Of a DNA stretch of 64,000 nt, positions 38,864 to 48,710 are shown piece after piece. Source of the stretch: Bacteroidota bacterium. Lineage in GTDB: Bacteria; Bacteroidota; Bacteroidia; Flavobacteriales_D; Crocinitomicaceae. A program made the translations under genes and the position numbers. The stretch is from positions 39,951 through 103,950 of the forward strand of contig JACPUU010000015.1 in NCBI GenBank assembly GCA_016192075.1, in the 5' to 3' direction. Under the pieces are notes generated by a model, which was not told the origin of the DNA, made no database searches, and saw only the letters and a program-made list of their open reading frames with translations. The stretch's first letter is position 1. Every line of letters begins with the position of its first letter.

Positions 38864-39610
38864 ATGAAGAATATTCTGCTTCTTGTCTTTTTAGGTCATT
38901 TTTCGGCATTTGCCCAGCTCAACGTACGTGATTCCTCCATTAATCAGTTATTTTCCGGCATCAACTATAAATTTAACATGCCGGGAGGTGATTTGGCAGA
39001 AAGATGGGGTATTAATAATGAGATAGGGATGGATATTCAGTACAAGTTCAAAAACAACCTCACCGTTGGTATTGACGGGGGTTTTATTTTTGGCAATACC
39101 TTAAAAGATACCCTTATTTTTCAGGATGTATTTAACTCGTACGGCGCTATTACGGCTATGTCCGGTGCACCGGCTTCAGTTTTATTTCTGATGCGCGGTG
39201 CCCATGCAAATATCGGGGCAGGTTATGTTTTTAACAAACTGGGAAATAACCCCAATTCAGGCTTATGGATCAATGCCGGATTTGGGTATTTTATGCATAA
39301 AATCCGCATTGAAAGTATTTACGATGATGTTCCCCAACTGGAAGGTGATTACCGGAAAGGCTATGACCACCTCACGATGGGTTTTGCGGGCAAGCAGTTT
39401 GTAGGGTATTTATTTCAGCATGACAACCGGTTTCTGAATTTTTATGCGGGTTTTGAGTTTGTGGAAGCAATTACGTATAACGTGCGCAATTACAATTTTG
39501 ACATTGAAGGTGCTGACAACGAAGCAAAATTTGATTTTCTCTACAGTGCCAAATTTGGCTGGATGATTCCATTATACAAGCGTCAACCCAAAGCGGTTTA
39601 TTACGATTAA
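38864..39610 (+). CDS. hypothetical secreted protein, possible small outer-membrane beta-barrel
   Basis: 248 aa. Signal peptide MKNILLLVFLGHFSAFAQ, Gly/aromatic-rich alternating segments, and a C-terminal aromatic-rich tail. Confidence 0.35.
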   Translation: MKNILLLVFLGHFSAFAQLNVRDSSINQLFSGINYKFNMPGGDLAERWGINNEIGMDIQYKFKNNLTVGIDGGFIFGNTLKDTLIFQDVFNSYGAITAMSGAPASVLFLMRGAHANIGAGYVFNKLGNNPNSGLWINAGFGYFMHKIRIESIYDDVPQLEGDYRKGYDHLTMGFAGKQFVGYLFQHDNRFLNFYAGFEFVEAITYNVRNYNFDIEGADNEAKFDFLYSAKFGWMIPLYKRQPKAVYYD

Positions 39611-40830
39611 TGAAAGTACTTTATGCATCCGGCGTCTGGCTTTACACGGTCATGGTTCACCTGGTCAGCTGGTGGAATCCAAAGGCCCGCAAATGGGTTA
39701 ACGGCAGAAAAGAAACGTGGGACCGGCTAGAAAAATTTACTGCGCTTCAGCCGGCAAAAGAAAACGATCGTCTTTTTTGGTTTCATTGCGCCAGCCTGGG
39801 CGAATTTGAGCAGGGCCGGCCGCTGATAGAAGCACTTAAAGCACAATCAGCATGTAAAATTGCAGTCAGTTTTTTTTCACCCTCGGGTTATGAAATCCGG
39901 AAAAATTACGAGCATGCAGATCTCATTTTTTATTTACCGGTTGACACCAAAAAAAATGCAGCGCGTTTAATGAATCAACTGAAACCGGCTGCTGTCTTTT
40001 TTATTAAATACGAGTTTTGGGCAAACTACATTTTTGAGGCAAAAAGGCAGAATATTCCCTGCTATTCTGTATCGGCCGTTTTCAGAGAAAATCAGGTGTT
40101 TTTTAAATGGTACGGTGGTTACATGCGTACAGTATTAAAGTCATTTACCGCCCTTTTTGTACAAAATGAACAATCGCAGATTTTGCTGAAAAAGGCAGGC
40201 ATTCAAGCCATTGTCAGTGGTGATACGCGCTATGACCGCGTGATGAAAAATGCAGAAAAGGCACAGCGTTTTCCGGCTATTGATGCCTTTGTGAAAGATC
40301 ATCTTGTTTTTGTTTGCGGGTCGCTCTGGCAACCTGATCTGGCGGTTGTTTCAAGCGGGTTAAATAAGTTGGGCAAAGCCTGGAAAATTATACTGACCAC
40401 GCATGAAATTACGGAACATCATTTAAGCGAAGCCGAAGCTTTTTTCAGTGAAAAAAAATGCATTCGTTTTTCAAAACTGACCGATCAGGATTCTGATGCA
40501 GATGTGTTAGTGATTGATAACGTTGGCATGTTGATGCACCTTTATGGGTATGCCAACCTGGCCTATGTGGGCGGTGCGTTTAAAACCGGGCTCCATAATA
40601 TTTTAGAGCCGGCTTCATTTGGGTTACCGGTGATTTTTGGGCCCCGTTATAAAAAATTTCCGGAGGCTGAATTATTCATTCAAAGCGGTATCGGTTTTTC
40701 TATTTCAGACGCATCAGAATTTGAAGCCGTTTGTTCAAAATTGCAGCAGGAAAATTTGCGGGAAAAGGTATTGCAGTTTATGAATTCACAACAAGGTGCC
40801 ACCCGGCGCATTCTGGAAAAAATTCACTGA
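39610..40830 (+). CDS. waaA: 3-deoxy-D-manno-octulosonic acid (Kdo) transferase
   Basis: 406 aa. RLFWFHCASLGEFEQGRPLIEAL and GGAFKTGLHNILEPA motifs. Confidence 0.85.
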   Translation: MKVLYASGVWLYTVMVHLVSWWNPKARKWVNGRKETWDRLEKFTALQPAKENDRLFWFHCASLGEFEQGRPLIEALKAQSACKIAVSFFSPSGYEIRKNYEHADLIFYLPVDTKKNAARLMNQLKPAAVFFIKYEFWANYIFEAKRQNIPCYSVSAVFRENQVFFKWYGGYMRTVLKSFTALFVQNEQSQILLKKAGIQAIVSGDTRYDRVMKNAEKAQRFPAIDAFVKDHLVFVCGSLWQPDLAVVSSGLNKLGKAWKIILTTHEITEHHLSEAEAFFSEKKCIRFSKLTDQDSDADVLVIDNVGMLMHLYGYANLAYVGGAFKTGLHNILEPASFGLPVIFGPRYKKFPEAELFIQSGIGFSISDASEFEAVCSKLQQENLREKVLQFMNSQQGATRRILEKIH

Positions 40831-40860
40831 TTTTCGCGCTCTTATTTAGTTGAGCAGATT

Positions 40861-40881
40861 ATTCTGAACTTGTTTCAGAAT
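40861..40881 (+). terminator. hairpin ATTCTGAA-CTTGT-TTCAGAAT 30 nt after the waaA stop
   Basis: Perfect 8-bp inverted repeat with a 5-nt loop. It is AT-rich, and CTGTTG follows rather than a clean U-tract. Confidence 0.35.
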
Positions 40882-41134
40882 CTGTTGAATGATGTTCAGG
40901 GGTTTGAAGTGACCGGGGAAATGTATTGCCGGACGTTTAATGTTACTGTTTAATGGGTTCTGGAACAATTTCAGGGTGATGTCTTCGTTTGGAAGTCCGG
41001 AATGACTTCAGCCGGGAGATGTAAGAGATTAGGCGTGTGTCTGAAGTCTTTGTGTTGATTTACAGTTGTTTACATTCTGAAATCAGCAAAAAGGGATTAA
41101 CCCCCAAAAAAACAACCTTATTCCCAGAATTTCG

Positions 41135-41142
41135 TACATTTG
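41135..41142 (+). promoter_or_regulatory. putative -7 box (TACATTTG) upstream of tatA
   Basis: Matches TAnnTTTG 33 nt upstream of the tatA ATG. Confidence 0.4.
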
Positions 41143-41174
41143 CACAGTTATTTATGTATTAAATCTCCTGTAAA

Positions 41175-41375
41175 ATGGAAAATATATCTCAAGCCGGTGT
41201 TATTGGACCTTGGCAAATTGTCCTGATTGTTGCAGTTATCCTGTTGTTGTTTGGTGGAAAAAAAATTCCGGAATTGATGCGTGGAATGGGTAAAGGAATC
41301 AAAGGATTCAAGGATGAAATGCGCGGTGAAGGAGAAGATAGCAAAAAATCTACTGACGTTAAAACAGGAGAATAA
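41175..41375 (+). CDS. tatA: twin-arginine translocase subunit TatA/E
   Basis: 66 aa. GPWQIVLIVAVILLLFGGKKIPELMRGMGKGIKGFKDE. Confidence 0.9.
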   Translation: MENISQAGVIGPWQIVLIVAVILLLFGGKKIPELMRGMGKGIKGFKDEMRGEGEDSKKSTDVKTGE

Positions 41376-41380
41376 TTGCT

Positions 41381-42799
41381 ATGTATCATTCTTTTGATGA
41401 GATCAAGGCAGCCCTTGACCATGGGACTTCTGTTGAGTCAATTACAAAACATTATCTCAAAAGAATCGACGAAAAAAAACACCTGAATGCTTTTCTGGAA
41501 GTTTTTGCTGACAGTGCTTTGGCGCAGGCTAAACGCGTTGATGAGAAACTTAAAAACAACACGGCCGGGCGTTTGGCAGGTGTAGTCATTGGTCTTAAAG
41601 ACAACCTCGCCTATAAAGATCATAAAGTATCGGCATCATCCAAAATTCTCGAAGGATTTGTATCACTCTATACCGCAACTGCGGTTGAACGGCTTATTGC
41701 TGAAGATGCAGTTATAATCGGTCGCTTAAATTGTGATGAGTTTGCAATGGGCAGTTCCAATGAAAATTCAGCATTTGGTAATGTACTGAACCCGCACAAT
41801 GAAAAAATGGTTCCGGGTGGTTCTTCCGGAGGTTCAGCTGTTGCTGTAGCAGCTGGTCTTTGCACCGCATCACTGGGAACAGATACCGGTGGTTCTATTC
41901 GTCAACCCGCTTCATTTACCGGTACTATTGGTTTCAAACCTACTTACGGCAGGGTTTCACGCTATGGCTTATTGGCGTATGCTTCTTCGTTTGATCAGAT
42001 CGGGCCGTTTGCCAACACGGTTAAAGATGTTGCGTTGCTGACCGAGATTATGGCTGGCAAAGATGAGTTTGACAGCACGCTTTTGCAGGAAGATTCGAAG
42101 AACTTTTTACCTGCATTTGACACAACCCGAAAATTGAAAATTGCCTACATCAAAGATTGTATTGAAAGTGAAGGCATCGATCCTGAAATCCGGTCACGTA
42201 TTTTTGAAATTATTGAAAAACTGCGCTCACTGGGCCACACTGTAAATGCAGTTGATTTTCCGTATCTCAATCAAATGATACCCACCTATTATGTACTGAC
42301 CACAGCCGAGGCATCATCCAATTATGCACGTTACGATGGCGTACATTACGGTTACCATTCCTCAAACGCAGAGGGTGTTGAAGATACCTACAAAAAATCA
42401 CGTTCAGAAGGGTTTGGCGAAGAGGTGAAACGCCGCATTATGCTGGGAACGTTTGTACTATCTCACGGATATTACGATGCCTATTACACAAAAGGTCAGA
42501 AAGTGCGCCGTGTTATACAGAATAAAACCAAAGAGATTTTAACGAATCACGATTTTATTATTCTGCCAACAACACCCACCACAGCTTTTGAAATTGGAGC
42601 CAACGTTGCCGACCCGATTACCATGTATTTACAGGATATTTTTACGGTTCAGGCAAATCTTTCAGGAAATCCTGCAATTTCATTACCTTTAGGCAATCAC
42701 TCCAACGGATTGCCGTTTGGTATTCAGGCCATGGGAAAACACTTTGATGAAGCAGGTCTTCTTTCTTTCTCTGACTATCTGATGTCAAACTGCAAGTAG
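41381..42799 (+). CDS. gatA: Asp-tRNA(Asn)/Glu-tRNA(Gln) amidotransferase subunit A
   Basis: 472 aa. Amidase signature GGSSGGSAVAVAAGL ... GTDTGGSIRQPASF. Confidence 0.9.
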   Translation: MYHSFDEIKAALDHGTSVESITKHYLKRIDEKKHLNAFLEVFADSALAQAKRVDEKLKNNTAGRLAGVVIGLKDNLAYKDHKVSASSKILEGFVSLYTATAVERLIAEDAVIIGRLNCDEFAMGSSNENSAFGNVLNPHNEKMVPGGSSGGSAVAVAAGLCTASLGTDTGGSIRQPASFTGTIGFKPTYGRVSRYGLLAYASSFDQIGPFANTVKDVALLTEIMAGKDEFDSTLLQEDSKNFLPAFDTTRKLKIAYIKDCIESEGIDPEIRSRIFEIIEKLRSLGHTVNAVDFPYLNQMIPTYYVLTTAEASSNYARYDGVHYGYHSSNAEGVEDTYKKSRSEGFGEEVKRRIMLGTFVLSHGYYDAYYTKGQKVRRVIQNKTKEILTNHDFIILPTTPTTAFEIGANVADPITMYLQDIFTVQANLSGNPAISLPLGNHSNGLPFGIQAMGKHFDEAGLLSFSDYLMSNCK

Positions 42800-42809
42800 T
42801 TTTGCAGCC

Positions 42810-44348
42810 ATGAATTTTAGAAACATATTGGTTTATTTTTTTGGTATCACGCTTTGTCAGCCTGTTTTTGCACAGCCTGATTCAGCGATTGTTGCCGGCA
42901 CAAATCCGGATTCATTAACCTATCTGCGTTTTATTGATGTGGTTGAATCATCCATCTTTGAATATTACAAAGAAGTCTGGGGGCAGGAAAAGGCGTACCG
43001 GATTATTGACTCCCTGGGTTATGAAGCAGATTATAAACCAACGTTTCCTGATTCAGTGTATATTGAAAGACTCAGGAAACTGGATGCGCAAACCATTATA
43101 GACATTGAAGCGAATGCGGTTGTACTGAGTACCATAAAATATTTTGTCAGTAAAAGAAGAACATTTACGGCCGTGTGCCTGGGCAGATCCAAGATGTTTT
43201 TTCCCATGTATGAAACATACCTGTCTCACTATGGAATTCCGATGGAACTCAAATATCTTTCAGTTATAGAAAGCGGGTTGAGACCAACAATTAAATCACG
43301 GGTTGGGGCCACGGGTTTGTGGCAATTTATGTATGCTACCGGCCGGTCGTATGGTCTTGAAAGTGATTCGTACATTGATGAGCGCATGCACCCTGAGCTG
43401 GCAACAGAAGCGGCCTGCAAGTACCTGAAATACCTGTATGGATTGTATGGTGACTGGAGCATGGCGCTTGCGGCGTACAATGCTGGTCCGGGGAACGTCA
43501 ACAAAGCCATTCAGCGCTCAGGCGGCAAAATGACCTACTGGGAAATTCGCCCGTTTTTACCGGAAGAAACCCAAATGTATGTGCCCAACTTTATTGCCAT
43601 GCTTTATATGATGACCTATTATGGTGAGCACAACATTGTACCGCAGGAAGTGAAAATGCATTTTTATGAAGTGGATACCGTTTGCCTGAAACATGCGGTG
43701 CGCATTTCACACGTTGATTCGTTGCTTGGAATTACGTCTGAAGATTTTCTCTACCTCAACCCGGTTTATAAAACAGACATTATTCCGCATACGGAAGAGA
43801 AGCAATGCATCAGCCTGCCCATTGAAAAAATAAGTCTTTTCCTGGCGCTGGAGGATAGCCTGTATGCCCTTGACGCGCACCTTGATTCTACCGGGTCACG
43901 TTTTGTCACCATGGAGAAAAAGAAAACGCATACCGTTGCCGAAGGCGAGACCATTGTTACAGTTGCTGAAAAATATGGTGTCTCCATGACGCAGATTAAA
44001 ACCTGGAATGATTTGAGAACCAGTGTTATTTATCCGGGTCAGAAACTGACGATCATGCTGACCGAAAAGAAATTTATTGATAATACCGGTGTTGCAGGCG
44101 GCTCAACAACTACTACCGGTTCCTCAACCACTAGCGGTAGCAATACCTCCTCCGGCAATTCCACTACCAGTTCCACAACCACCACCAGCGATGGAAATTA
44201 TAAATATTATGCGCTGAAATCAGGTGAAAGTTTGTGGACCGTCAGCCAAAAATTTGGCATTCCGTTTGACGATTTACAAAACATGAACAAGGGTATCGAT
44301 CCAAAACGTCTGCAGCCCGGACAAAAAATAATTATCGGTACACTCTAA
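42810..44348 (+). CDS. MltD-like lytic transglycosylase with two LysM domains
   Basis: 512 aa. SLT domain (LSVIESGLRP, ATGLWQFMYATG, AYNAGPGNV). Two LysM repeats (HTVAEGETIVTVAEKYGV..., YALKSGESLWTVSQKFGI...) are separated by a Ser/Thr-rich linker. Confidence 0.85.
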   Translation: MNFRNILVYFFGITLCQPVFAQPDSAIVAGTNPDSLTYLRFIDVVESSIFEYYKEVWGQEKAYRIIDSLGYEADYKPTFPDSVYIERLRKLDAQTIIDIEANAVVLSTIKYFVSKRRTFTAVCLGRSKMFFPMYETYLSHYGIPMELKYLSVIESGLRPTIKSRVGATGLWQFMYATGRSYGLESDSYIDERMHPELATEAACKYLKYLYGLYGDWSMALAAYNAGPGNVNKAIQRSGGKMTYWEIRPFLPEETQMYVPNFIAMLYMMTYYGEHNIVPQEVKMHFYEVDTVCLKHAVRISHVDSLLGITSEDFLYLNPVYKTDIIPHTEEKQCISLPIEKISLFLALEDSLYALDAHLDSTGSRFVTMEKKKTHTVAEGETIVTVAEKYGVSMTQIKTWNDLRTSVIYPGQKLTIMLTEKKFIDNTGVAGGSTTTTGSSTTSGSNTSSGNSTTSSTTTTSDGNYKYYALKSGESLWTVSQKFGIPFDDLQNMNKGIDPKRLQPGQKIIIGTL

Positions 44349-44361
44349 AAATTCACACTGC

Positions 44362-45414
44362 ATGAGACTTCTTTTTATTTTTTCTGTTTTGCTGTTGCTT
44401 GCATCTTGTGGTCAGGCACCCTCCCGTGAAGATCTTTTACCCGATGCTACCGGCGCCCGGGGCGGACTTATTTTGTTAATGGAAGACGATTTGTGGGAGG
44501 GAGCAATTGGTGAAGCCGTTATGTATCACCTTGATCAGGATGCAAAAGGTGTTTACCTGAGAGCTGAACCCATGTTTGATGTGATCCGGAAAAAGCCCGA
44601 TGAACTGGGGCACCTGGGGCAGCTGAACCGGCTCATTTTAAAAGTGATGATTGATTTTGACTCAACCTACGCTGAAACGGTAGTGATTGAAAAAAAGAAT
44701 TATTTTGCCAAAGGCCAGTTATTTATCATTGTCAAAGATTCAGACCCTGACCGGCTCTATTCGTTTATTGTAAATGAGTTTGCCTATGTGGTAAACCTGC
44801 TGAATAATTTTGAAACCGATGACCTCATACGCACTTACCGGGGAGGTTTCAATGCGGCCGTTAAATCACGTGCAGAAACCAATTTCGGAATTTCAATTTG
44901 TATTCCTGAAGACAGCAAAATAAAAGTTGACTCGACTGACTTTATGTGGATTAAAAGAGATCGTACACGCCACGTTTTGGCAAATGAAAGCACAGAGGCA
45001 AATCAAACATACTGGATTCAGCAAGGCATCCTGATCTGGTCAGAACCTTATACAGATACAACCCAATTAACTGTTGCCGGTATTTTACGTGATCGTGATA
45101 CCGTATTAAAATACAATGTGCCTGGTAAAATAGAAGGATCATACATGGCTACGGAATATGACCCGTATTACTGCCCTAAAGGAAAAATTTTCAAGCATAA
45201 CGATGCTTACGCCGTTGAGATACGTGGTTTGTGGAAACATGCCGGTGATCCATCCGCTTTTGGAGGCGGGCCATTTGTCATGTACACACTTCACCATGAG
45301 GCCCGGCAAACGGTTGTTAACGTTTGCGTTTACATTTACGGCCCTAAATTTGAAAAGCGCGAATATATCCGTGAGGCAGATGCTATGCTGCAAACAATTG
45401 AGCTGGTGCCTTAA
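44362..45414 (+). CDS. hypothetical lipoprotein (possibly DUF4837 family)
   Basis: 350 aa with lipobox LLLLASCGQ. The position after an mltD-like gene and the size resemble Bacteroidota DUF4837 genes. Family assignment is from memory only. Confidence 0.35.
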   Translation: MRLLFIFSVLLLLASCGQAPSREDLLPDATGARGGLILLMEDDLWEGAIGEAVMYHLDQDAKGVYLRAEPMFDVIRKKPDELGHLGQLNRLILKVMIDFDSTYAETVVIEKKNYFAKGQLFIIVKDSDPDRLYSFIVNEFAYVVNLLNNFETDDLIRTYRGGFNAAVKSRAETNFGISICIPEDSKIKVDSTDFMWIKRDRTRHVLANESTEANQTYWIQQGILIWSEPYTDTTQLTVAGILRDRDTVLKYNVPGKIEGSYMATEYDPYYCPKGKIFKHNDAYAVEIRGLWKHAGDPSAFGGGPFVMYTLHHEARQTVVNVCVYIYGPKFEKREYIREADAMLQTIELVP

Positions 45415-45425
45415 TACGCAATGCC

Positions 45426-46316
45426 ATGATGCTGAAGTTTGCAGTTAAAGGGTTCTTTTTTTTCTCACTTTCCGGGTTTTTAATGGTCTCCTGTGCGGGA
45501 CAAGCTACGCCTGTTACTGACACAACGGATTCAACTGCTCAGTCACCGCGTGATACGGTAAATGCCACCTGGAGCGCATTGCAGGGTGACTCCCTGAAAC
45601 CCGGAACGGTTATTTTAATCGAAGGTTTTGTCGGAGACATTGGTAACTATGTGGCGCAAAGCAATGGCAAAATGACCTTTCCGCTTTTCCCGCGCCGCAA
45701 TCAACGCTCGGCATTCAGGCTGAACCTGCGCACCCAAATGGGGGAGCAGCCCAACCAGGTACATGAATTACCGGCTGAATTTTCGCCGGAAGATTTTAAA
45801 CTGGTTCTGAATGATAAGAGCTTTGCAACACGGGGGTCTTATGTACGTGTCACAGCAATACTTTCAGAGACCGGTGCAGACGGAGGTGTATATGCTGATC
45901 TTACAAAAATTGAAAGCTGCGAAACTGTTCCGTGGAATCCGCTCTTAGCCGGCGCAGTACCCTTAACTGCTGACATGATTCATGATTCAACCCTTGCATT
46001 TGCCTATTGTTTTATAGAAGGTGAATTGGAATTGCCTGAAATTATTTTGCCATACACGCATGAAATAGTGCTGAATTTAAAAGGCAGTTCGGTTGCAGAA
46101 ATTACAACCGTTGAAATTCCGCTGGGTACCGGGCCGGGAACCATGAATGATTTACCGGATAATTATACCGAAGCTGATCTGGTCATTCGCGATTATCAGT
46201 CAACACCAGTTAAGTACGGCAAAAAAGTCAGAATTTATGGTCTTTGGGAACGAAATACCTTTGAGTCAGGTTTTCCGGGAAAATTTTATGTAGAAGAATT
46301 GGAAACCCTGCCGTAA
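45426..46316 (+). CDS. hypothetical lipoprotein
   Basis: 296 aa with lipobox GFLMVSCAG. No recognisable domain. Confidence 0.4.
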   Translation: MMLKFAVKGFFFFSLSGFLMVSCAGQATPVTDTTDSTAQSPRDTVNATWSALQGDSLKPGTVILIEGFVGDIGNYVAQSNGKMTFPLFPRRNQRSAFRLNLRTQMGEQPNQVHELPAEFSPEDFKLVLNDKSFATRGSYVRVTAILSETGADGGVYADLTKIESCETVPWNPLLAGAVPLTADMIHDSTLAFAYCFIEGELELPEIILPYTHEIVLNLKGSSVAEITTVEIPLGTGPGTMNDLPDNYTEADLVIRDYQSTPVKYGKKVRIYGLWERNTFESGFPGKFYVEELETLP

Positions 46317-46333
46317 GAATTAGTGCCTGCAAT

Positions 46334-46846
46334 TCAATCCGTTTTTTTTGGTTTGTAAATTACCACTGATCCGGCAATCATGTCATGAATGGCTTTGCTT
46401 TTTTCAGAGTTCATAACCGTTATTACAGAAATCCACCCCAGCGCAGCTTTTACAAGAAACCGTATAACGGCCAGCAGAATAAAGACATTCCGTTTTTGAT
46501 CAGATTCGCGCTTTACCCGCAGCCCATTCATGTAATGACCCGCTGTTCCACCCAGGAAAGAAGTACACAGCGGATCGTACAGAAAGAAGATAAACACAAA
46601 GGCAAAAATCCGCGCAGCGTCAGGAACGTCTTTCAGGGAAGAGAAGACAGATGAGGCAATAACCATCATCAAAGCAACAATCAAACCATCTGCAACAACC
46701 GCTTTTATACGGTCAGTCAAACCTGCAAATTCAGGCTCAACCCGTTTAGGCTGTTCAGCTTCAGGTGTTTCAGCGCCGCTTTTATGGTCCAGTATTTCGT
46801 CTGGTTGATGATTCATAACTATCGGTTTTCGGTCTAAAAGTAGCAT
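46334..46846 (-). CDS. RDD-family-like small membrane protein
   Basis: 170 aa (alternative ATG at 46816). Segment DRIKAVVADGLIV followed by 3 hydrophobic helices. Weak family call. Confidence 0.35.
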   Translation of the reverse strand: MLLLDRKPIVMNHQPDEILDHKSGAETPEAEQPKRVEPEFAGLTDRIKAVVADGLIVALMMVIASSVFSSLKDVPDAARIFAFVFIFFLYDPLCTSFLGGTAGHYMNGLRVKRESDQKRNVFILLAVIRFLVKAALGWISVITVMNSEKSKAIHDMIAGSVVIYKPKKTD

Positions 46847-46938
46847 TATTCCCGCAGGTTTTCAGCGCACCATAAGCACCGCCGGAAACGGATCTGATTT
46901 TGATGCAGGTAATAGCTGGTGTTTTTCATTCAAATAAT

Positions 46939-46946
46939 TACATTTG
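46939..46946 (+). promoter_or_regulatory. putative -7 box (TACATTTG) upstream of icd
   Basis: Matches TAnnTTTG 35 nt upstream of ATG 46981. Confidence 0.4.
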
Positions 46947-46980
46947 TTCTGAAGACAAATCCCTTTTAAACCGCACTAAA

Positions 46981-48204
46981 ATGGCAAAAATTAAAGTAGC
47001 AAATCCCGTTGTTGAGTTGGACGGAGACGAAATGACCCGAATTATCTGGAAGTTTATTAAAGACAAACTGATTCTCCCATACCTTGATATTGATATTAAA
47101 TATTACGATTTGGGCGTTGAGCACCGTGATGCCACAGCAGACCAGGTAACCATTGATGCGGCTGAAGCTATAAAAAAATACCAGGTTGGAATCAAGTGTG
47201 CAACCATCACACCAGATGAAGCGCGGGTAAAAGAATTCAACCTGAAACAAATGTGGAAATCACCAAACGGAACCATTCGCAATATCCTGGATGGAACAGT
47301 TTTTCGTGAACCAATCGTTTGTAAAAATGTTCCGCGTTTAGTGACCAACTGGACATCGCCAATTATTGTTGGCCGTCATGCATTTGGTGATCAGTATAAG
47401 GCTACAGATTTTATTGTACCCGGCAAAGGAAAACTCACCATGAAATTTGAAGGGGAAGATGGAAAAGTGATTGAACATGAAGTGTACACTTACAAAGGAC
47501 CGGGTGTAGCTATGGGAATGTACAATATAGATGAATCTATCCGTGGATTTGCCCTGTCGTGCTTCAACATTGCACTGGCTAAAAAATGGCCGCTGTATTT
47601 GTCTACCAAAAACACCATCCTTAAAAAATACGACGGTCGTTTTAAAGATATTTTCCAGGAGATTTACGATACCCAGTTTAAAGATAAATTCAAAGAAGCA
47701 GGTATTGTTTATGAACACCGTTTGATTGATGACATGGTGGCATCTGCGCTGAAATGGAGTGGATCATTTGTATGGGCCTGTAAAAATTACGACGGTGACG
47801 TTCAGTCTGATTCAGTGGCACAAGGCTTTGGTTCATTAGGTTTGATGACATCCGTATTAATTACTCCTGACGGAAAAATCATGGAGGCAGAAGCTGCTCA
47901 CGGAACGGTAACACGTCACTACCGTGATCACATGGCTGGTAAAAAAACATCGACCAATCCAATCGCATCTATCTTCGCCTGGACCCGTGGATTGGGTCAC
48001 CGCGCAAAACTCGACAACAACGCTGAACTCGCAAAATTCTGTACTGAGCTGGAAAAAGTATGTGTGGATGTTGTTGAAAGCGGAGTTATGACAAAAGATT
48101 TGGCTGTTTGCGTTCACGGCAATAAATTGAAAGATTCTGATTATGTCTACACAGAAGATTTTCTGGAAGCATTGAATAAAGAATTACAGAAACGAATGAA
48201 CTAG
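46981..48204 (+). CDS. icd: NADP-dependent isocitrate dehydrogenase (eukaryote-like homodimeric subfamily II)
   Basis: [32 protein letters not shown] and a NYDGDVQSD segment. The start is taken at ATG 46981; the track start at 46900 adds 27 unlikely residues. Confidence 0.9.
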   Translation: MAKIKVANPVVELDGDEMTRIIWKFIKDKLILPYLDIDIKYYDLGVEHRDATADQVTIDAAEAIKKYQVGIKCATITPDEARVKEFNLKQMWKSPNGTIRNILDGTVFREPIVCKNVPRLVTNWTSPIIVGRHAFGDQYKATDFIVPGKGKLTMKFEGEDGKVIEHEVYTYKGPGVAMGMYNIDESIRGFALSCFNIALAKKWPLYLSTKNTILKKYDGRFKDIFQEIYDTQFKDKFKEAGIVYEHRLIDDMVASALKWSGSFVWACKNYDGDVQSDSVAQGFGSLGLMTSVLITPDGKIMEAEAAHGTVTRHYRDHMAGKKTSTNPIASIFAWTRGLGHRAKLDNNAELAKFCTELEKVCVDVVESGVMTKDLAVCVHGNKLKDSDYVYTEDFLEALNKELQKRMN

Positions 48205-48260
48205 TGTTCGTGATTTTCCTGGTTTGACATAGTCAGCCAAACAAAATTTTTGAAAAAAAC

Positions 48261-48295
48261 AAAGCCGGTATATTCCATGCCGGCTTTTGTTTTTA
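48261..48295 (+). terminator. rho-independent terminator after icd
   Basis: AAAGCCGG-N11-CCGGCTTT followed by TGTTTTT, 57 nt after the stop. Confidence 0.75.
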
Positions 48296-48710
48296 CAGTT
48301 GGTTTCAAAATGCTACCTGTACTTTTGCGCTTTTATGAACGGAGAACCAAACCAGGTCATGCGTAAATTTTATCAGCATCAGGGCAGATAATTTGTTTGG
48401 GTTATGTTTGGTAGTATCCTGATTTTTACGTACATTTGATTGTAGTTAATACCCGCTATTAAAAAAACCGGGCGGTTGCTGCGATCTGATTCCTGATATA
48501 CTTTTTCATAAGTTTTGGGTTAAATGAGATGAAAACTTCTTGAATCAATTGCGCTTCCGCCCTTTTTTATACCTTCTTATTTCCTTTCCCAATAGTTCCC
48601 GCTTTGTTTGTTTTTACCTGTTGATCAGGTAGTCGTAATCCTTTTTTAACCAGAAAGTCTCGCTTTTTTTGTGCCTGTAACTTTTAACGCGTTTCATTTG
48701 TTTTATAACC

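Noticed and set aside
44095-44192. Ser/Thr-rich repetitive stretch (GGSTTTTGSSTTSGSNTSSGNSTTSSTTTTS) as a possible tandem DNA repeat or contingency locus.
   Set aside because: The DNA is not a perfect tandem repeat (codons vary). It is an ordinary flexible linker between the two LysM domains of the MltD-like protein.
46900-46980. N-terminal extension of icd suggested by the track ([16 protein letters not shown]...).
   Set aside because: The extension overlaps the putative -7 box at 46939-46946, and IDH homologs start at MAKIKV. ATG 46981 is the likely start.
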